NCBI GenBank assembly: GCA_028412835.1
Contig: JAONQW010000003.1
Location: forward strand, 21,028-85,027
Source: Candidatus Pelagibacterales bacterium
GTDB taxonomy: Bacteria; Pseudomonadota; Alphaproteobacteria; Pelagibacterales; AG-422-B15
Length of the DNA: 64,000 nucleotides
Direction of reading: 5' to 3'
Shown in pieces: positions 61,677-64,000 of the stretch (position 1 is the first letter of the stretch; each line of letters begins with the position of its first letter). The position numbers and the translations under genes were made by a program. The notes beneath the pieces are model-generated. The model saw nothing but the letters and a program-made list of their open reading frames with translations, was not told the origin of the DNA and searched no databases.

Positions 61677-64000
61677 ATGAACATAAAACGTATCATTTTA
61701 TATTTTATATCACTAGTCCTGTTGTTTATATTTTCAGTTCTTTTCGTTATTAATTTTACTTTATTTAGTGAAGATCTTGGGCCGGGAGAAATAACTGGAA
61801 CTTCTAATTCAATCGAGTTTGTAGAAGATAAATTTGATAGACAAAGTGATGCAAAAAATGATCTTAATGTTTCATTAAGTAAACAAATTTTATTTGGAGA
61901 TTTGCATGTTCACTCCACATTTTCTGCAGATGCTCACCAAGGCAACTTACCAATAGTTGGCGGAACTGGTGTTCATCCAGTTGCTGATGCGTGTGATTTT
62001 GCTCGACATTGTTCAGCTCTTGATTTTTGGGCCATAACTGATCACGCAGAGGCATCAACCCCAAAGCGATGGCAAGAAACAAAAGAGACGGTTAGAAAAT
62101 GTAACGCTCTCTCAGCAGATAAAGAAAATCCCGACTGCGTGGCTTTTCTTGGTTGGGAATGGACACAAGTAGGTGCTACTAGAAACACCCATTGGGGCCA
62201 TCACAATGTAATTCTCAAAGATGAAGCAGATGATTTATTACCCCCAAGAGCAATTGCCTCTAAAAGTGTAGCGCGGGATGCACTGCTTAATAATGCGCCT
62301 GAGTATCCAAATTCATTATTTCCATTAATAGATATTAAAAACTTTAAAAATTATAATGATTTTAGAAGGTACATTTCTGAAACAAAAAAAGTTCCAATAT
62401 GCCCTGAAAATATTCCATCAAAAGAGCTGCCACTTGATTGCCATGAGGAAGCAGTCACGCCACTTTCACTAGCTAATAAAGTGGAGGAATATACAAAAGA
62501 CTATTTAATCATACCACATGGACAAACCTGGGGCTTTTATACTCCAAAAGCATATACACTTGATAAAGGATTGGAGCTTTCAAAACAGTATCCACAACAA
62601 TTTGATCTTCTTGAGATGCATTCAGGTCATGGTAATTCAGAAGAATATAGATCTTGGAGAGCGGCAACCGTTGTAAGAGAAGGCGAAACAATCTTAGATA
62701 GGTTTTTTGGTCTACAAGATGGGCGTGCAGATCTTACAAGTGGAACTTTTAAAGATAAAGAAGGACGAATATTTGACATTGGTACTCAAACTTGTCCAAA
62801 AGCTACAGACGAGTTTACACCAATATGTGCTAGAGCAGGAGAAGTCATTTTTAATCGATGTATAAATGCAGGTTTTGAAACTGCAGAGTGTGACGTTCGT
62901 AGAAAGTATACTGAACAAGCAGTTGTAGATAGAGGAAGGAATGGATGGCAAGTTGTTCCTCATTTTAGTCTTTTAGACCGAATTGATTCTGGACAATGTA
63001 AGGACTGCTTTAGTCCTGCATTTAATTATGTGCCTGGCGGTAGCGCTCAATATGGCATGGCTTTGACAAAATTTAATGAAGATGGCTCAAAACACCGTTT
63101 TAAATATGGATTTATTTCATCAAGTGACAATCATCAGGCTGCACCCGGTTCAGGCTATAAAGAATTATTTGGCAACAATATTGATTTTAGTGGTCCCTCG
63201 TCAAAATTTACAGACAAGCTTCTTCATGGACCAACATTTGATTTGCAAGATAGAGATTATGTGGATCCAATTAGAGCAAACTATGTATCAGACGATAAGC
63301 CAATTGAATATGAAACATCTGATATTAAATTGGGCTTTAACACCATTGAGTTTGAAAGACAAAGAGGTTTTTTGCAAACTGGAGGGTTAGCAGCAGTGCA
63401 CACAGAAGGTCGTTCAAAAGAACAAATTTGGAGTGCCTTTAAACGTCATGAAACTTATGCAACAAGTGGACCTCGAATATTACTTTGGTTTGATATGCTT
63501 AATGGAAATAAAAAAATTCCAATGGGTGCAGTAACAGAGCAAAACACTAACCCAACTTTTGAAGTAAAAGCAATGGGTTCATTTGAACAAAAGGCTGGAT
63601 GTCCAGAGGATGCATATACCGCACTTGGTGCAAATCGAGTTGAACAGCTTTGTTATGATGAGTGTTATAATCCAAGTGACGTAAGAAAAACCATAACTCG
63701 AATAGAAGTGGTTCGTGTCATGCCACAAGAATATGAAAATCAATCAGTTGAAGATCGTATTCAAGACCCGTGGCTAGTTCACAATTGTCCTGAAAATCAA
63801 GTAGGCTGTGAATTTAATTTTACTGATAATGAATTTGCATCTTCTAAGATTGATATGAGTTATTATGTAAGAGCCATAGAAGAACCATCAATGCAAATTA
63901 ATACTAAAGGTGTGCGCTGTGAACGTGATGATGAAGGTAACTGTATTAGTGTTAATATTTGTACACAAGATTGGAGAAGACCTAGAGATGTGGAAGCTTG
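61677..64000 (+). CDS. DUF3604-family PHP-like metallo-phosphoesterase-fold protein, membrane-anchored/secreted, Cys-rich (3' end beyond the window)
   Basis: An ATG at 61677 is followed by 774 sense codons with no stop up to the window edge; I checked this codon by codon. Motifs are 'LFGDLHVHSTFSADAH', 'FWAITDHAE', 'FLGWEWTQ', 'PHGQTWG', 'EMHSGHGNSE', 'SSSDNH' and 'YYVRAIEEP'. The frame is absent from the supplied ORF track. Confidence 0.75.
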   Translation, partial: MNIKRIILYFISLVLLFIFSVLFVINFTLFSEDLGPGEITGTSNSIEFVEDKFDRQSDAKNDLNVSLSKQILFGDLHVHSTFSADAHQGNLPIVGGTGVHPVADACDFARHCSALDFWAITDHAEASTPKRWQETKETVRKCNALSADKENPDCVAFLGWEWTQVGATRNTHWGHHNVILKDEADDLLPPRAIASKSVARDALLNNAPEYPNSLFPLIDIKNFKNYNDFRRYISETKKVPICPENIPSKELPLDCHEEAVTPLSLANKVEEYTKDYLIIPHGQTWGFYTPKAYTLDKGLELSKQYPQQFDLLEMHSGHGNSEEYRSWRAATVVREGETILDRFFGLQDGRADLTSGTFKDKEGRIFDIGTQTCPKATDEFTPICARAGEVIFNRCINAGFETAECDVRRKYTEQAVVDRGRNGWQVVPHFSLLDRIDSGQCKDCFSPAFNYVPGGSAQYGMALTKFNEDGSKHRFKYGFISSSDNHQAAPGSGYKELFGNNIDFSGPSSKFTDKLLHGPTFDLQDRDYVDPIRANYVSDDKPIEYETSDIKLGFNTIEFERQRGFLQTGGLAAVHTEGRSKEQIWSAFKRHETYATSGPRILLWFDMLNGNKKIPMGAVTEQNTNPTFEVKAMGSFEQKAGCPEDAYTALGANRVEQLCYDECYNPSDVRKTITRIEVVRVMPQEYENQSVEDRIQDPWLVHNCPENQVGCEFNFTDNEFASSKIDMSYYVRAIEEPSMQINTKGVRCERDDEGNCISVNICTQDWRRPRDVEA

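Noticed and set aside
61864-63390. Four track ORFs (61864-62082 -, 62509-62691 -, 62712-62963 -, 63076-63390 +).
   Set aside because: All lie inside the uninterrupted frame of more than 774 codons starting at 61677, which carries clear conserved motifs. They are shadow frames.
61677-64000. Elevated G+C of the DUF3604 gene as evidence for horizontal transfer.
   Set aside because: Hand counts show similar G+C in conserved core genes such as ahcY, so the signal is better explained by amino-acid constraint. No mobility genes or repeats flank the gene.

Overview
This is an AT-rich (roughly 30% G+C by eye), very gene-dense stretch of an alphaproteobacterial chromosome. The gene order (tsaB-fur-plsC-miaB-phoH-ybeY-corC-lnt; nusA-infB-rbfA-truB-rpsO-pnp; irr<>fabA-fabB-fabI; pckA<>chvI-chvG; regB-regA) and the tiny or negative intergenic spacers suggest a streamlined marine SAR11/Pelagibacterales-like genome. 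That assignment is an inference and has not been verified. I call about 60 protein-coding genes. By eye I found no rRNA, tRNA, CRISPR array, integrase, transposase or recognisable defence gene.

Positions 1-54,000 are almost entirely housekeeping: translation and RNA processing, fatty-acid, ubiquinone, CoA and purine synthesis, dnaA-dnaN-recF-gyrB, polA, pckA, ahcY, and two two-component systems. The less ordinary content is as follows:
1. A perfect Irr-type iron control element plus a promoter sits in front of an orphan 61-aa ORF next to irr (about 21.15 kb).
2. A ferritin-like di-iron protein is divergently paired with an MMPL/RND-type exporter (37.1-41.3 kb).
3. A HIGH-type nucleotidyltransferase is fused to a ManC-type cupin (44.3 kb).
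4. An organosulfur cluster holds a TauD-family dioxygenase, a DMT transporter, a lipoprotein alkyl-sulfatase and DUF3429 (55.5-59.5 kb).
5. A right-end module holds a HupE/UreJ-like permease fusion, a membrane-anchored degenerate parvulin/SurA-like protein, and a divergent Cys-rich DUF3604/PHP-like protein (59.5-64 kb).

Two real-looking ORFs are missing from the supplied track. One is the DUF3604/PHP-like frame of more than 774 codons at 61677..64000, which runs off the window edge. The other is a 57-aa CHCC zinc-finger ORF at 41340..41513. All functional calls rest on motifs and synteny I recognise from memory; no searches were run.
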